Positions 13,156-23,152 of a DNA stretch of 32,000 nt are shown piece by piece. A program made the position numbers and the translations under genes. The number at the start of each line of letters is the position of its first letter. Position 1 is the first letter of the stretch. Source of the stretch: Pseudomonas aeruginosa (GTDB lineage: Bacteria > Pseudomonadota > Gammaproteobacteria > Pseudomonadales > Pseudomonadaceae); the NCBI RefSeq assembly GCF_001457615.1, contig NZ_LN831024.1, positions 990,001-1,022,000 of the forward strand. The letters are read 5' to 3'. Under the pieces are notes generated by a model that did no database searches, was not told the origin of the DNA, and saw only the letters and a program-made list of their open reading frames with translations.

Positions 13156-13799
13156 TGGGCAAACGTATCGGCCTGTTCGGCGGCACTTTCGACCCCGTGC
13201 ATATCGGACATATGCGCAGCGCCGTGGAAATGGCCGAGCAGTTCGCCCTCGACGAACTGCGCCTGCTGCCCAATGCGCGGCCGCCGCACCGGGAAACCCC
13301 GCAGGTGTCGGCCGCGCAGCGGTTGGCGATGGTCGAGCGGGCGGTGGCGGGAGTCGAGCGATTGACGGTCGATCCCCGCGAACTGCAGCGCGACAAGCCG
13401 TCCTACACCATCGACACCCTGGAGTCGGTGCGGGCGGAGCTGGCGGCCGACGACCAGTTGTTCATGCTGATCGGCTGGGATGCCTTCTGCGGCTTGCCGA
13501 CGTGGCACCGCTGGGAGGCGTTGCTGGATCACTGCCACATCGTCGTGTTGCAGCGTCCGGATGCCGACAGCGAGCCGCCGGAGTCGCTGCGCGACCTGCT
13601 GGCGGCGCGGAGCGTGGCCGACCCGCAGGCCCTGAAAGGGCCGGGCGGACAGATCACCTTCGTCTGGCAGACGCCGCTGGCGGTGTCCGCCACCCAGATC
13701 CGCGCGCTGCTGGGTGCCGGGCGCTCCGTGCGTTTCCTGGTGCCGGACGCGGTATTGAACTACATCGAGGCGCACCACCTGTATCGTGCGCCACACTGA
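13155..13799 (+). CDS. nadD: Nicotinate-nucleotide adenylyltransferase
   Basis: 214 aa from ATG at 13155; [30 protein letters not shown]; stop of proA overlaps this start. Confidence 0.96.
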
Positions 13800-13821
13800 T
13801 AAAGAAACAGAGACCGACTCA

Positions 13822-14178
13822 ATGCAAACCGAACAACTCGTCCAAGTGGCCATCGATGCCCTGGAAGACCTCAAGGCCCAGGACATCGTGACCCTCGATG
13901 TGCGGGACAAGACCAGCGTCACCGACTACATGGTGATCGCCTGCGGCAGTTCCAGCCGCCAGGTCAAGTCGCTGGCCGACAACGTCCTGACCAAGGCCAA
14001 GGAAAACGGCGTCAAGCCCCTGGGCAGCGAAGGCCTGGAGTCCGGCGAATGGGCGCTGCTCGACCTGGGCGACGTGGTGGTCCACGTGATGCTCCCGGCG
14101 ACCCGCCAGTTCTACGACCTGGAGCGCCTGTGGCAGGGCGCCGAGCAGAGCCGCGCCCAGCACCAGCCGGAAGAGTGA
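13822..14178 (+). CDS. rsfS: Ribosome silencing factor RsfS (YbeB)
   Basis: 118 aa [55 protein letters not shown]...[31 protein letters not shown]. Confidence 0.96.
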
Positions 14179-14185
14179 CGCCGGC

Positions 14186-14653
14186 ATGCGGTTGCGCCTG
14201 ATCGCGGTTGGCTCGCGCATGCCTCGCTGGGTCGAGGAAGGCTGGCAGGAATACGTCAAGCGCCTGCCGGCCGAGCTGTCCCTCGAACTGGTGGAGATCC
14301 CGCTCAACACCCGCGGCAAGAACGCCGACGTGGCGCGCCTGATCCGTCAGGAAGGCGAGGCCATGCTGGCGCGCGTGCAGCCGGGGGAACGGGTGGTGAC
14401 CCTGGAGGTCGAAGGTCGGCCCTGGAGCACCGAGCAACTGGCTCGCGAACTGGATCGCTGGCGTCTCGACGCACGCACCGTGAATCTCATGGTCGGCGGC
14501 CCGGAAGGGCTGGCGCCGGAGGTCTGCGCGCGCAGCGAGCAGCGCTGGTCGCTGTCGCCGTTGACGCTGCCGCACCCGTTGGTGCGGATCCTGGTCGGCG
14601 AGCAGATCTACCGGGCCTGGACCGTATTGTCCGGGCACCCCTACCACAAATAG
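14186..14653 (+). CDS. rlmH: 23S rRNA (pseudouridine1915-N3)-methyltransferase
   Basis: 155 aa [28 protein letters not shown]...[45 protein letters not shown]. Confidence 0.96.
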   Translation: MRLRLIAVGSRMPRWVEEGWQEYVKRLPAELSLELVEIPLNTRGKNADVARLIRQEGEAMLARVQPGERVVTLEVEGRPWSTEQLARELDRWRLDARTVNLMVGGPEGLAPEVCARSEQRWSLSPLTLPHPLVRILVGEQIYRAWTVLSGHPYHK

Positions 14654-14665
14654 TCCCCAGTCCCG

Positions 14666-16606
14666 ATGCCGCAGCCGATCCACCTGAAAGACCACGAGAA
14701 AGACGCCCGCCTGGTGCGTCGGCGCGTCATCGTCGGGGCGGTGGCGGTGGTCTTGCTGACCCTGGTGCTGGTGGCGCGCATGTACCACCTGCAGGTGACC
14801 CAGTACGAGTACCACTCGACGCTGTCGGAGAACAACCGGGTCCATGTGCAGCCGATCCCGCCGACCCGCGGGATCATCTTCGACCGCAACGGCGTGATCA
14901 TCGCCGACAACCGGCCGAGCTTCAGCCTGACCATCACCCGCGAACGCACCGAGGACCTGCAGAAGACCCTCGACACGCTGGTGGAGATCCTCGGCCTGAC
15001 CGAGGACGACCGGGCCATCTTCGAGAAGCGCATGAAGCAGGGGCGGCGTCCGTTCGAGCCGGTTCCCATCATGTTCGAACTCAACGAGGAACAGATCGCC
15101 CGCATCGCGGTGAACCAGTTCCGCCTGCCGGGCGTCGACGTGGCGACCCAGTTCGTCCGCCACTACCCGCTGAAGGAGCACTTCGCCCATTCGGTCGGGT
15201 ACGTCGGGCGGATCAACGAGCAGGAACTGAAGAACCTCGACCCGATCAACTACAGCGGCACCCACCATATCGGCAAGACCGGCATCGAGCGCTTCTACGA
15301 GAGCGAGTTGCACGGCACGGTTGGCTACGAGGAAGTCGAGACCAACGCCCGCGGGCGGGTGCTGCGGGTGCTCAAGCGCACCGACCCGATTCCCGGCAAG
15401 GACATCGTCCTGAGCATCGACAGCCGCCTGCAGGAGGCCGCCGAGAACGCCCTGGCCGGGCGGCGGGGCGCCATCGTGGCGATCCAGCCGTCCACCGGCG
15501 ACGTGCTGGCGATGGTCAGCCAGCCGAGCTACGACCCCAACCTGTTCGTCACCGGCATCAGCTTCAAGGCCTATGCCGAGCTGCGCGACTCCATCGACCG
15601 GCCCCTGTACAACCGCGTCCTGCGCGGGCTCTATCCGCCGGGCTCGACGGTGAAGCCGGCGGTGGCGCTGGCCGGCCTCGACGCCGGGGTGGTCACGCCG
15701 ACCTCGCGGGTCTTCGACCCCGGCTACTACCAGTTGCCCAACTACGACCACAAGTACCGTAACTGGAACCGCTACGGCGATGGCTGGGTGAGCCTGGAGT
15801 CGGCGATCTACCGGTCCAACGACACCTATTTCTACGACCTCGCGCACAAGCTGGGGATCGACCGCCTGCACGCCTTCATGAGCCGCTTCGGCTTCGGCCA
15901 GAAAGTCGCCCTGGACATGTTCGGCGAAGCCGACGGGCTGATGCCCTCGCGCGAATGGAAGCGCAAGACCCGCCGCCAGGTCTGGTACCCGGGCGAGACC
16001 CTGATCCTCGGCATCGGCCAGGGCTACATGCAGGCGACGCCGATCCAACTGGCGCAGATGACCGCGCTGCTGGCCAACAAGGGCCACTGGATCCGCCCGC
16101 ACCTGGCCAAGACCATCGACGGCCAGCCGCCGGTCGACCCCGACCCGATGCCCGACATCGTGCTGCGCGACCCGGCCAACTGGGACCGCGTCGACTACGG
16201 CATGCAGCAGGTGGTGCATGGCGCCCGCGGCACGGCGCGCAAGGTCGGCGCCACCTCGGCCTACCTGATCGCCGGCAAGAGCGGTACCGCCCAGGTGGTG
16301 GCGATCAAGCAGAACGAGCGCTACGACCGCTCCAAGCTGCTCGAGCGGCACCGCGACCACGCCCTGTTCGTCGGCTTCGCGCCGGCCAACAACCCGCAGA
16401 TCGCGGTGGCGGTGATGGTGGAGAACGGCGAGTCCGGCTCCGGCGTCGCCGCCCCGGTGGTCAAGCAGGTGATGGACGCCTGGCTGCTCGACGAGCACGG
16501 CAAGCTCAAGGCCGAATACGCGGAACCCGTCGCGCCGCTCGCGGCGGCGGTGGCCAAGCCCGAACCCACGGCAGCCGAGCCGGAGGCGCCCGCCCTTGAA
16601 CAGTAA
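14666..16606 (+). CDS. pbpA: Penicillin-binding protein 2 (elongasome transpeptidase)
   Basis: 646 aa; PPTRGIIFDRNGVIIADNRPSF, PPGSTVKPAVALAGL (active-site SxxK), LIAGKSGTAQVV. Confidence 0.96.
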   Translation: MPQPIHLKDHEKDARLVRRRVIVGAVAVVLLTLVLVARMYHLQVTQYEYHSTLSENNRVHVQPIPPTRGIIFDRNGVIIADNRPSFSLTITRERTEDLQKTLDTLVEILGLTEDDRAIFEKRMKQGRRPFEPVPIMFELNEEQIARIAVNQFRLPGVDVATQFVRHYPLKEHFAHSVGYVGRINEQELKNLDPINYSGTHHIGKTGIERFYESELHGTVGYEEVETNARGRVLRVLKRTDPIPGKDIVLSIDSRLQEAAENALAGRRGAIVAIQPSTGDVLAMVSQPSYDPNLFVTGISFKAYAELRDSIDRPLYNRVLRGLYPPGSTVKPAVALAGLDAGVVTPTSRVFDPGYYQLPNYDHKYRNWNRYGDGWVSLESAIYRSNDTYFYDLAHKLGIDRLHAFMSRFGFGQKVALDMFGEADGLMPSREWKRKTRRQVWYPGETLILGIGQGYMQATPIQLAQMTALLANKGHWIRPHLAKTIDGQPPVDPDPMPDIVLRDPANWDRVDYGMQQVVHGARGTARKVGATSAYLIAGKSGTAQVVAIKQNERYDRSKLLERHRDHALFVGFAPANNPQIAVAVMVENGESGSGVAAPVVKQVMDAWLLDEHGKLKAEYAEPVAPLAAAVAKPEPTAAEPEAPALEQ

Positions 16607-16637
16607 CTTCGACCGCACCCTGTCCAACGAAGACGTG

Positions 16638-17741
16638 ATGCGCCGGCGCGCCAGCCTGTTGCAGCGCCTGCACATCGACGGGATTCTCCTGCTGCTGTTG
16701 CTGATCCTCGGCGCCACCGGCCTGTTCGTCCTCTATTCGGCGAGCGGCAAGAGCTGGGACATGCTGATGAAGCAGGCCACCTCGTTCGGCCTGGGACTGG
16801 GCATGATGGTGGTCATCGCCCAGATCGAGCCGCGCTTCATGGCCCGCTGGGTGCCGCTGGGCTACCTGGTGGGGGTCGCGCTGCTGGTGGTGGTCGACGT
16901 GATCGGCCACGACGCCAAGGGGGCGACGCGCTGGATCAACATCCCCGGGGTGATCCGCTTCCAGCCCTCGGAGTTCATGAAGCTGCTGATGCCGATGACG
17001 GTGGCCTGGTACCTGTCCAAGCGCAACCTGCCGCCGGGGCTCAAGCACATGGTGATCAGCCTGGCGATCATCATCACCCCGTTCGTGCTGATCCTGAAAC
17101 AGCCCGACCTCGGCACCGCCATGCTGATCCTCGCTTCCGGCGGCTTCGTGCTGTTCGTCGGCGGCCTGCGCTGGCGCTGGATCGTCGGCGCGGTGTCGGC
17201 GGCGGTGCCGATCGCCGTGGCGATGTGGTTCTTCATCATGCACGACTACCAGAAACAGCGGGTGCTGACCTTCCTCGACCCGGAAAGCGACCCGCTGGGC
17301 ACCGGCTGGAACATCATCCAGTCTAAGGCGGCCATCGGTTCCGGCGGGGTATTCGGCAAGGGCTGGCTGCTGGGCACCCAGTCGCACCTGGATTTTTTGC
17401 CGGAAAGCCATACCGACTTTATCATTGCGGTCCTCGGCGAGGAGTTCGGCCTGGTCGGCGTCTGCCTGCTGCTGGTGCTCTACCTGCTGCTGATCAGTCG
17501 TGGCCTGGTGATCACCGCCCAGGCGCAGACGCTCTACGGCAAACTGCTGGCCGGTGGCATCACCATGACGTTTTTCGTTTATGTCTTCGTGAATATCGGT
17601 ATGGTGAGCGGGTTGTTGCCGGTGGTGGGGGTACCGCTGCCTTTCATTAGTTATGGCGGAACTTCGCTGGTTACCCTGTTGTCAGGGTTCGGGGTTCTGA
17701 TGTCGATCCATACCCATCGGAAGTGGATCGCCCAGGTTTGA
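16638..17741 (+). CDS. rodA: Rod shape-determining protein RodA (SEDS glycosyltransferase)
   Basis: 367 aa from ATG at 16638 (the track ORF allows a TTG start at 16596 overlapping pbpA); VVLDVIGHDAKGATRWINIPGVIRFQPSEFMKLLMP-type SEDS motif, ESHTDFIIAVLGEEFGLVG, PLPFISYGGTSLV. Confidence 0.93.
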   Translation: MRRRASLLQRLHIDGILLLLLLILGATGLFVLYSASGKSWDMLMKQATSFGLGLGMMVVIAQIEPRFMARWVPLGYLVGVALLVVVDVIGHDAKGATRWINIPGVIRFQPSEFMKLLMPMTVAWYLSKRNLPPGLKHMVISLAIIITPFVLILKQPDLGTAMLILASGGFVLFVGGLRWRWIVGAVSAAVPIAVAMWFFIMHDYQKQRVLTFLDPESDPLGTGWNIIQSKAAIGSGGVFGKGWLLGTQSHLDFLPESHTDFIIAVLGEEFGLVGVCLLLVLYLLLISRGLVITAQAQTLYGKLLAGGITMTFFVYVFVNIGMVSGLLPVVGVPLPFISYGGTSLVTLLSGFGVLMSIHTHRKWIAQV

Positions 17742-17749
17742 GACCAAGA

Positions 17750-18772
17750 GTGAAGAACGCAATGCAAGTACTGCGTACATGGGCGGCCAGGGGCGTCCAA
17801 TGGGTCGGCGTAGCCGGCGTCATTGGCCTGTCCGGGGCGGCCCAGGCGGGGGACTACGACGGCTCGCCGCAAGTGGCCGAGTTCGTCAGCGAAATGACCC
17901 GCGACTACGGCTTCGCCGGAGAGCAGCTGATGGGGCTGTTCCGCGACGTGAACCGCAAGCAGTCGATCCTCGATGCGATCTCGCGCCCGGCCGAGCGGGT
18001 CAAGCAGTGGAAGGAATACCGGCCGATCTTCATCAGCGACGCGCGCATCAGTCGTGGCGTCGACTTCTGGAACAAGCATGCCGAAGACCTGGCGCGGGCG
18101 GAGAAGGAATACGGCGTGCCGGCCGAGATCATCGTCTCGATCATCGGCGTGGAAACCTTCTTCGGCCGCAACACCGGCAGCTACCGGGTGATGGACGCGC
18201 TGTCCACCCTCGGCTTCGACTACCCGCCGCGAGCCGACTTCTTCCGCAAGGAGTTGCGCGAGTTCCTCCTGCTCGCCCGCGAACAGCAGGTCGACCCGCT
18301 CAGCCTGACCGGCTCCTACGCCGGCGCCATGGGCCTGCCGCAATTCATGCCGAGCAGCTTCCGCGCCTACGCGGTGGACTTCGACGGCGATGGCCACATC
18401 AATATCTGGAGTGACCCGACCGACGCCATCGGTAGCGTCGCCAGCTACTTCAAGCAGCACGGCTGGGTCACCGGCGAGCCGGTGGTCTCGGTGGCCGAGA
18501 TCAACGACGAGAGCGCCGAGAGCGCGGTGACCAGGGGCGTCGACCCGACCATGAGCCTGGGCGAGCTGCGTGCCCGCGGCTGGCGCACCCACGATGCGCT
18601 GCGCGACGACCAGAAGGTCACGGCGATGCGTTTCGTCGGCGACAAGGGCATCGAGTATTGGGTCGGTTTGCCGAACTTCTACGTGATCACCCGCTATAAT
18701 CGCAGCGCCATGTATGCCATGGCGGTTTATCAGCTGGCGGGCGAGATTGCCCGCGCGCGAGGTGCCCATTGA
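17750..18772 (+). CDS. sltB1: Soluble/membrane-bound lytic murein transglycosylase B family (SltB1)
   Basis: 340 aa from GTG at 17750 (ATG alternative at 17762); IVSIIGVETFFGRNTGSYRVMDALSTLGFDYPPRADFF, TGSYAGAMGLPQFMPSSFRAYAVDFDGDGHINIW; overlaps rlpA by 4 nt. Confidence 0.93.
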   Translation: MKNAMQVLRTWAARGVQWVGVAGVIGLSGAAQAGDYDGSPQVAEFVSEMTRDYGFAGEQLMGLFRDVNRKQSILDAISRPAERVKQWKEYRPIFISDARISRGVDFWNKHAEDLARAEKEYGVPAEIIVSIIGVETFFGRNTGSYRVMDALSTLGFDYPPRADFFRKELREFLLLAREQQVDPLSLTGSYAGAMGLPQFMPSSFRAYAVDFDGDGHINIWSDPTDAIGSVASYFKQHGWVTGEPVVSVAEINDESAESAVTRGVDPTMSLGELRARGWRTHDALRDDQKVTAMRFVGDKGIEYWVGLPNFYVITRYNRSAMYAMAVYQLAGEIARARGAH

Positions 18773-19797
18773 GCAAGCGTGTCCGCTCCTCCCTGATCCT
18801 GCCCGCCGTCTGCGGCCTCGGGCTGGCGGCCGTGCTGTTGAGCAGTTGCTCCAGCAAGGCGCCCCAGCAGCCGGCCAGGCAGGCGGGCATTTCCGGGCCG
18901 GGCGACTATTCCCGTCCGCATCGCGACGGCGCCCCCTGGTGGGACGTCGACGTGTCGCGGATCCCCGATGCGGTGCCGATGCCGCACAACGGTTCGGTGA
19001 AGGCCAACCCCTACACCGTGCTGGGCAAGACCTACTACCCGATGAACGATGCGCGGGCCTACCGGATGGTCGGCACCGCGTCCTGGTACGGCACCAAGTT
19101 CCACGGCCAGGCCACCGCCAACGGCGAGACCTACGACCTCTACGGCATGACCGCCGCGCACAAGACCCTGCCGTTGCCGAGCTATGTGCGGGTGACCAAC
19201 CTGGACAACGGCAAGAGCGTGATCGTCCGCGTCAACGACCGCGGCCCGTTCTATTCCGACCGGGTCATCGACCTGTCCTTCGCCGCGGCGAAGAAGCTCG
19301 GCTATGCCGAGACCGGCACCGCGCGGGTCAAGGTCGAAGGCATCGACCCGGTGCAGTGGTGGGCCCAGCGCGGCCGGCCGGCACCGATGGTCCTGGCGCA
19401 GCCCAAGCAGGCGGTGGCCCAGGCCGCTCCCGCCGCGGCGCAGACGCAGGCGGTGGCGATGGCCCAGCCGATCGAGACCTACACTCCGCCGCCGGCGCAG
19501 CACGCGGCCGCCGTGCTGCCGGTGCAGATCGACTCAAAAAAAAACGCTTCATTACCAGCCGATGGCCTGTATCTCCAGGTGGGCGCCTTCGCCAACCCGG
19601 ATGCGGCGGAGCTGCTGAAGGCCAAGCTGAGCGGCGTGACGGCTGCGCCGGTGTTTATCAGCTCGGTCGTGCGCAACCAGCAGATTCTGCACCGGGTGCG
19701 GCTGGGACCGATCGGTTCGGCGGACGAGGTTAGCCGCACCCAGGACAGCATCCGCGTGGCCAACCTTGGCCAGCCGACGCTGGTACGCCCCGACTGA
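18769..19797 (+). CDS. rlpA: Septal-ring lytic transglycosylase / rare lipoprotein A with DPBB and SPOR domains
   Basis: 342 aa; lipobox VLLSSC, DPBB segment GTASWYGTKFHGQATANGETYDLYGMTAAHKTLPLPSYVRVTNLDNGKSVIVRVNDRGPF, C-terminal SPOR domain LYLQVGAFANPDAAELLKAKL. Confidence 0.95.
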   Translation: MSKRVRSSLILPAVCGLGLAAVLLSSCSSKAPQQPARQAGISGPGDYSRPHRDGAPWWDVDVSRIPDAVPMPHNGSVKANPYTVLGKTYYPMNDARAYRMVGTASWYGTKFHGQATANGETYDLYGMTAAHKTLPLPSYVRVTNLDNGKSVIVRVNDRGPFYSDRVIDLSFAAAKKLGYAETGTARVKVEGIDPVQWWAQRGRPAPMVLAQPKQAVAQAAPAAAQTQAVAMAQPIETYTPPPAQHAAAVLPVQIDSKKNASLPADGLYLQVGAFANPDAAELLKAKLSGVTAAPVFISSVVRNQQILHRVRLGPIGSADEVSRTQDSIRVANLGQPTLVRPD

Positions 19798-19862
19798 GCG
19801 CCTACTCACGCAGGGAATTCCCGCAAGGGATTGTTTGACCATTGGTAGAACCAGAGAGACGG

Positions 19863-21023
19863 ATGAACATCACCACTATCGCGAAACGCTTGTCACTGCT
19901 TGTCCTGTTCATCGCCCCTACGGCTGGCTGGGCTGCTGAATCCATGGTTCCGGCGCCGCCGCAACTGGCCGCCAAGTCGTACGTCCTGATGGACGGCGAG
20001 AGCGGCCAGGTTCTGGTCGAGAACAACGGCGACCAGCGCCTGCCGCCGGCCAGCCTGACCAAACTGATGACCGCCTACATCGCCACCAAGGAGATCGAGG
20101 CCGGCCGCATCGGCGAGAACGACCTGGTCACCGTCAGCGAACATGCCTGGCGCACCGGCGGTTCGCGGATGTTCATCAAGGTCGGCAGCCAGGTATCGGT
20201 GAGCGACCTGCTGCATGGCATCATCATCCAGTCCGGCAACGACGCCAGCGTCGCCCTGGCCGAGCATATCGCCGGCAGCGAAGACGCCTTCGCCGACATG
20301 ATGAACACCACCGCGCAGAAGCTGGGCCTGACCAACTCCCACTTCATGGACGCCACCGGCCTGCCCAACCCGGACCACTATTCCTCCGCCCGCGACATGG
20401 CGGTGCTGGCCCGCGCGATCATCTACGGCGAGCCGAGCCACTACGCGATCTACGCGCAGAAGGAATTCCTCTGGAACAACATCAAGCAGCCGAACCGCAA
20501 CCTGCTGCTGTGGCGCGACAAGACCGTCGACGGCCTGAAGACCGGCCACACCGACGAAGCCGGCTACTGCCTGGTGGCTTCCGCGGTACGCGACGGCCAG
20601 CGCATGATCGCCGTGGTGTTCGGCACCAACAGCGAGCAGGCCCGCGCCGCCGAGACCCAGAAGCTGCTGACCTATGGCTTCCGCTTCTTCGAAAGCCGCA
20701 ACTTCTACAAGAAGGGCACCGAGCTGACCAAGGGCCTGGTCTGGAAGGGTTCCGAGCATGAAGTGAAAGCCGGCCTCGCCGAAGACCTGACCATGACCCT
20801 GCCGCGCGGCCAGATGCAGAAGCTGCAGGCCAGCATGGTCCTGGAGCCGCAGCTGATGGCGCCGATCCAGCAGGGCCAGGTGATCGGCAAGGTGGAAGTG
20901 AAGCTGGACGACAAGGTCATCCGCAGCGCCGACCTGGTCGCCCTCAACGCCGTCGAGGAGGGTGGTTTCTTCCGCCGCCTGTGGGATAGCATCCGCCTGT
21001 TCTTCTACGGTTTGTTCAACTGA
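19863..21023 (+). CDS. dacC: D-alanyl-D-alanine carboxypeptidase (PBP5/6 type)
   Basis: 386 aa from MNITTIAKRLSLLVLFIAPTAGWA; SLTKLMTAYI, SGNDASVALAEH, GLKTGHTDEAGYCLVASA. Confidence 0.95.
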   Translation: MNITTIAKRLSLLVLFIAPTAGWAAESMVPAPPQLAAKSYVLMDGESGQVLVENNGDQRLPPASLTKLMTAYIATKEIEAGRIGENDLVTVSEHAWRTGGSRMFIKVGSQVSVSDLLHGIIIQSGNDASVALAEHIAGSEDAFADMMNTTAQKLGLTNSHFMDATGLPNPDHYSSARDMAVLARAIIYGEPSHYAIYAQKEFLWNNIKQPNRNLLLWRDKTVDGLKTGHTDEAGYCLVASAVRDGQRMIAVVFGTNSEQARAAETQKLLTYGFRFFESRNFYKKGTELTKGLVWKGSEHEVKAGLAEDLTMTLPRGQMQKLQASMVLEPQLMAPIQQGQVIGKVEVKLDDKVIRSADLVALNAVEEGGFFRRLWDSIRLFFYGLFN

Positions 21024-21092
21024 CCGACCGGCGCCCGCCCGCTCACGAGGCCAGCGGGCGCCCGTCCCGCGGACCACGGGTCCGCCGCCGCC

Positions 21093-21374
21093 ATGACCGA
21101 TACCCCTGACGTTCAACCCCCGAAAATCGAATTCCCCTGCGAGCGCTATCCGATCAAGGTGATCGGCGACGCCGGCGAAGGTTTCTCCGACCTGGTCGTG
21201 GAAATCATCCAGCGCCACGCGCCGGATCTCGACGTCGAGACCCTGGTGGTCCGTGACAGCAGCAAGGGGCGCTTCCTCTCGGTGCAGGTGCTGATCACCG
21301 CCACCGATGTCGACCAACTGCAAGCCATCCATAACGACCTGCGCGCGACCGGACGCGTGCACATGGTGCTCTGA
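21093..21374 (+). CDS. YbeD/DUF493 family protein
   Basis: 93 aa; [35 protein letters not shown]...[35 protein letters not shown]. Confidence 0.94.
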
Positions 21375-22027
21375 TGGGGCTCGAGCTGGGCTTCCGTGAG
21401 CTCGGCGAGGTTCCCTACGAACCGACCTGGCATGCCATGCAGCGCTTCGTTGCCGAACGCGACAAATCGGTAATGGACGAAGCCTGGCTGTTGCAGCACC
21501 CTGCGGTCTTCACCCAGGGGCAGGCCGGCAAGGCGGAGCATGTGCTGTTCCCCGGCGACATCCCGGTGATCCAGGTAGATCGCGGCGGCCAGGTGACCTA
21601 CCACGGCCCCGGCCAGTTGGTCACCTACCTGCTGCTCGATGTCCGCCGCCTGGGACTGGGCGTGCGCGAGCTGGTCAGCCGGATCGAGCAGAGCCTGATC
21701 GGCCTGCTGGCGTCCTATGACGTGCAGGCCGTGGCCAAGCCGGACGCGCCGGGTGTCTACGTCGACGGGGCGAAGATCGCCTCCCTCGGCCTGCGCATCC
21801 GCAACGGCTGTTCCTTCCATGGCCTGGCGCTGAACCTGGACATGGACCTGCGACCGTTCCAACGAATCAATCCCTGCGGCTACGCCGGGATGCCCATGAC
21901 CCAACTGCGCGACCTGGTTGGGCCGGTGGATTTTGCCGAGGTGTGTACCCGATTGCGCGCTGAGCTCGTCTCACGCCTTGGCTACGCTGAACAGAAGACC
22001 CTTACGGGCGGGATCGAACTGACATGA
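21374..22027 (+). CDS. lipB: Octanoyl-[ACP]:protein N-octanoyltransferase
   Basis: 217 aa; [65 protein letters not shown]. Confidence 0.96.
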   Translation: MGLELGFRELGEVPYEPTWHAMQRFVAERDKSVMDEAWLLQHPAVFTQGQAGKAEHVLFPGDIPVIQVDRGGQVTYHGPGQLVTYLLLDVRRLGLGVRELVSRIEQSLIGLLASYDVQAVAKPDAPGVYVDGAKIASLGLRIRNGCSFHGLALNLDMDLRPFQRINPCGYAGMPMTQLRDLVGPVDFAEVCTRLRAELVSRLGYAEQKTLTGGIELT

Positions 22028-23007
22028 GCACTGTTGTGGAGAAGTCCGGAGAAGCCAAGCCGGGCAAGGTGGAAGTCGGCGTGAAGCTGCGCGGCGCGGA
22101 AAAGGTCGCGCGGATTCCGGTGAAGATCATTCCCACCGAGGAACTGCCGAAGAAACCCGACTGGATCCGCGTGCGCATCCCGGTTTCCCCCGAGGTCGAC
22201 CGCATCAAGCAACTGCTGCGCAAGCACAAGCTGCACAGCGTCTGCGAAGAGGCGTCCTGCCCGAACCTGGGCGAGTGCTTCTCCGGCGGCACCGCGACCT
22301 TCATGATCATGGGCGATATCTGCACCCGACGCTGCCCGTTCTGCGACGTCGGTCATGGCCGGCCGAAGCCGCTGGACGTCGACGAGCCGACCAACCTGGC
22401 CATCGCCATCGCCGACCTGCGGCTGAAGTACGTGGTGATCACCTCGGTGGACCGCGACGACCTGCGCGACGGCGGCGCCCAGCACTTCGCCGACTGCCTG
22501 CGCGAGATCCGCAAGCTGTCGCCGGGGATCCAGCTGGAAACCCTGGTGCCCGACTATCGCGGTCGCATGGACATCGCCCTGGAGATCACCGCCAACGAGC
22601 CGCCGGACGTGTTCAACCATAACCTGGAGACGGTACCGCGCCTGTACCGCTCCTCGCGGCCGGGCTCGGACTTCGAGTGGTCGCTGGACCTGCTGCAGAA
22701 GTTCAAGCAGATGGTTCCGCACGTTCCGACCAAGTCCGGGCTGATGCTCGGCCTGGGCGAGACCGACGATGAGGTCATCGAGGTCATGCAGCGGATGCGC
22801 GAGCACGACATCGACATGCTGACCCTCGGCCAGTACCTGCAGCCGTCGCGCAACCACCTGCCGGTGCAGCGCTTCGTGCATCCGGACACCTTCGCCTGGT
22901 TCGCCGAGGAAGGCGAGAAGATGGGCTTCAAGAACGTCGCGTCCGGCCCGCTGGTGCGTTCGTCCTACCATGCCGACCAGCAGGCGCACGGCAACAAGAT
23001 CGGCTGA
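22024..23007 (+). CDS. lipA: Lipoyl synthase (radical SAM)
   Basis: 327 aa; [39 protein letters not shown]. Confidence 0.97.
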   Translation: MSTVVEKSGEAKPGKVEVGVKLRGAEKVARIPVKIIPTEELPKKPDWIRVRIPVSPEVDRIKQLLRKHKLHSVCEEASCPNLGECFSGGTATFMIMGDICTRRCPFCDVGHGRPKPLDVDEPTNLAIAIADLRLKYVVITSVDRDDLRDGGAQHFADCLREIRKLSPGIQLETLVPDYRGRMDIALEITANEPPDVFNHNLETVPRLYRSSRPGSDFEWSLDLLQKFKQMVPHVPTKSGLMLGLGETDDEVIEVMQRMREHDIDMLTLGQYLQPSRNHLPVQRFVHPDTFAWFAEEGEKMGFKNVASGPLVRSSYHADQQAHGNKIG

Positions 23008-23031
23008 TCTACGCCGCGCCAATGCCTTCCG

Positions 23032-23065
23032 ACGCCGCGTCCCTGCACAGGGACGCGGCGTTTTT
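23032..23065 (+). terminator. Intrinsic terminator downstream of lipA
   Basis: Perfect 14-nt arms ACGCCGCGTCCCTG (23032..23045) and CAGGGACGCGGCGT (23048..23061) followed by TTTTTC. Confidence 0.85.
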
Positions 23066-23093
23066 CATTGGGCAGCCACGAAGCCTCTTCGGA

Positions 23094-23126
23094 CGTAGGA
23101 CGAACAACCGCTTGCGGTTATCCGCC
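23094..23126 (+). repeat. REP-like element (degenerate)
   Basis: CGTAGGACGAACAACCGCTTGCGGTTATCCGCC; aligns with the reverse complement of 25060..25093. Confidence 0.6.
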
Positions 23127-23152
23127 GGCGCGTAGGTGAGTACCGTTTGCTC

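Noticed and set aside
14012-16717. 901-aa minus-strand ORF opposite rlmH and pbpA
   Set aside because: Antisense shadow of confirmed genes; no domain-like motifs.
19813-19822. Palindrome GGGAATTCCC upstream of dacC as an operator
   Set aside because: Only 10 bp with no second copy or supporting promoter architecture; insufficient evidence.
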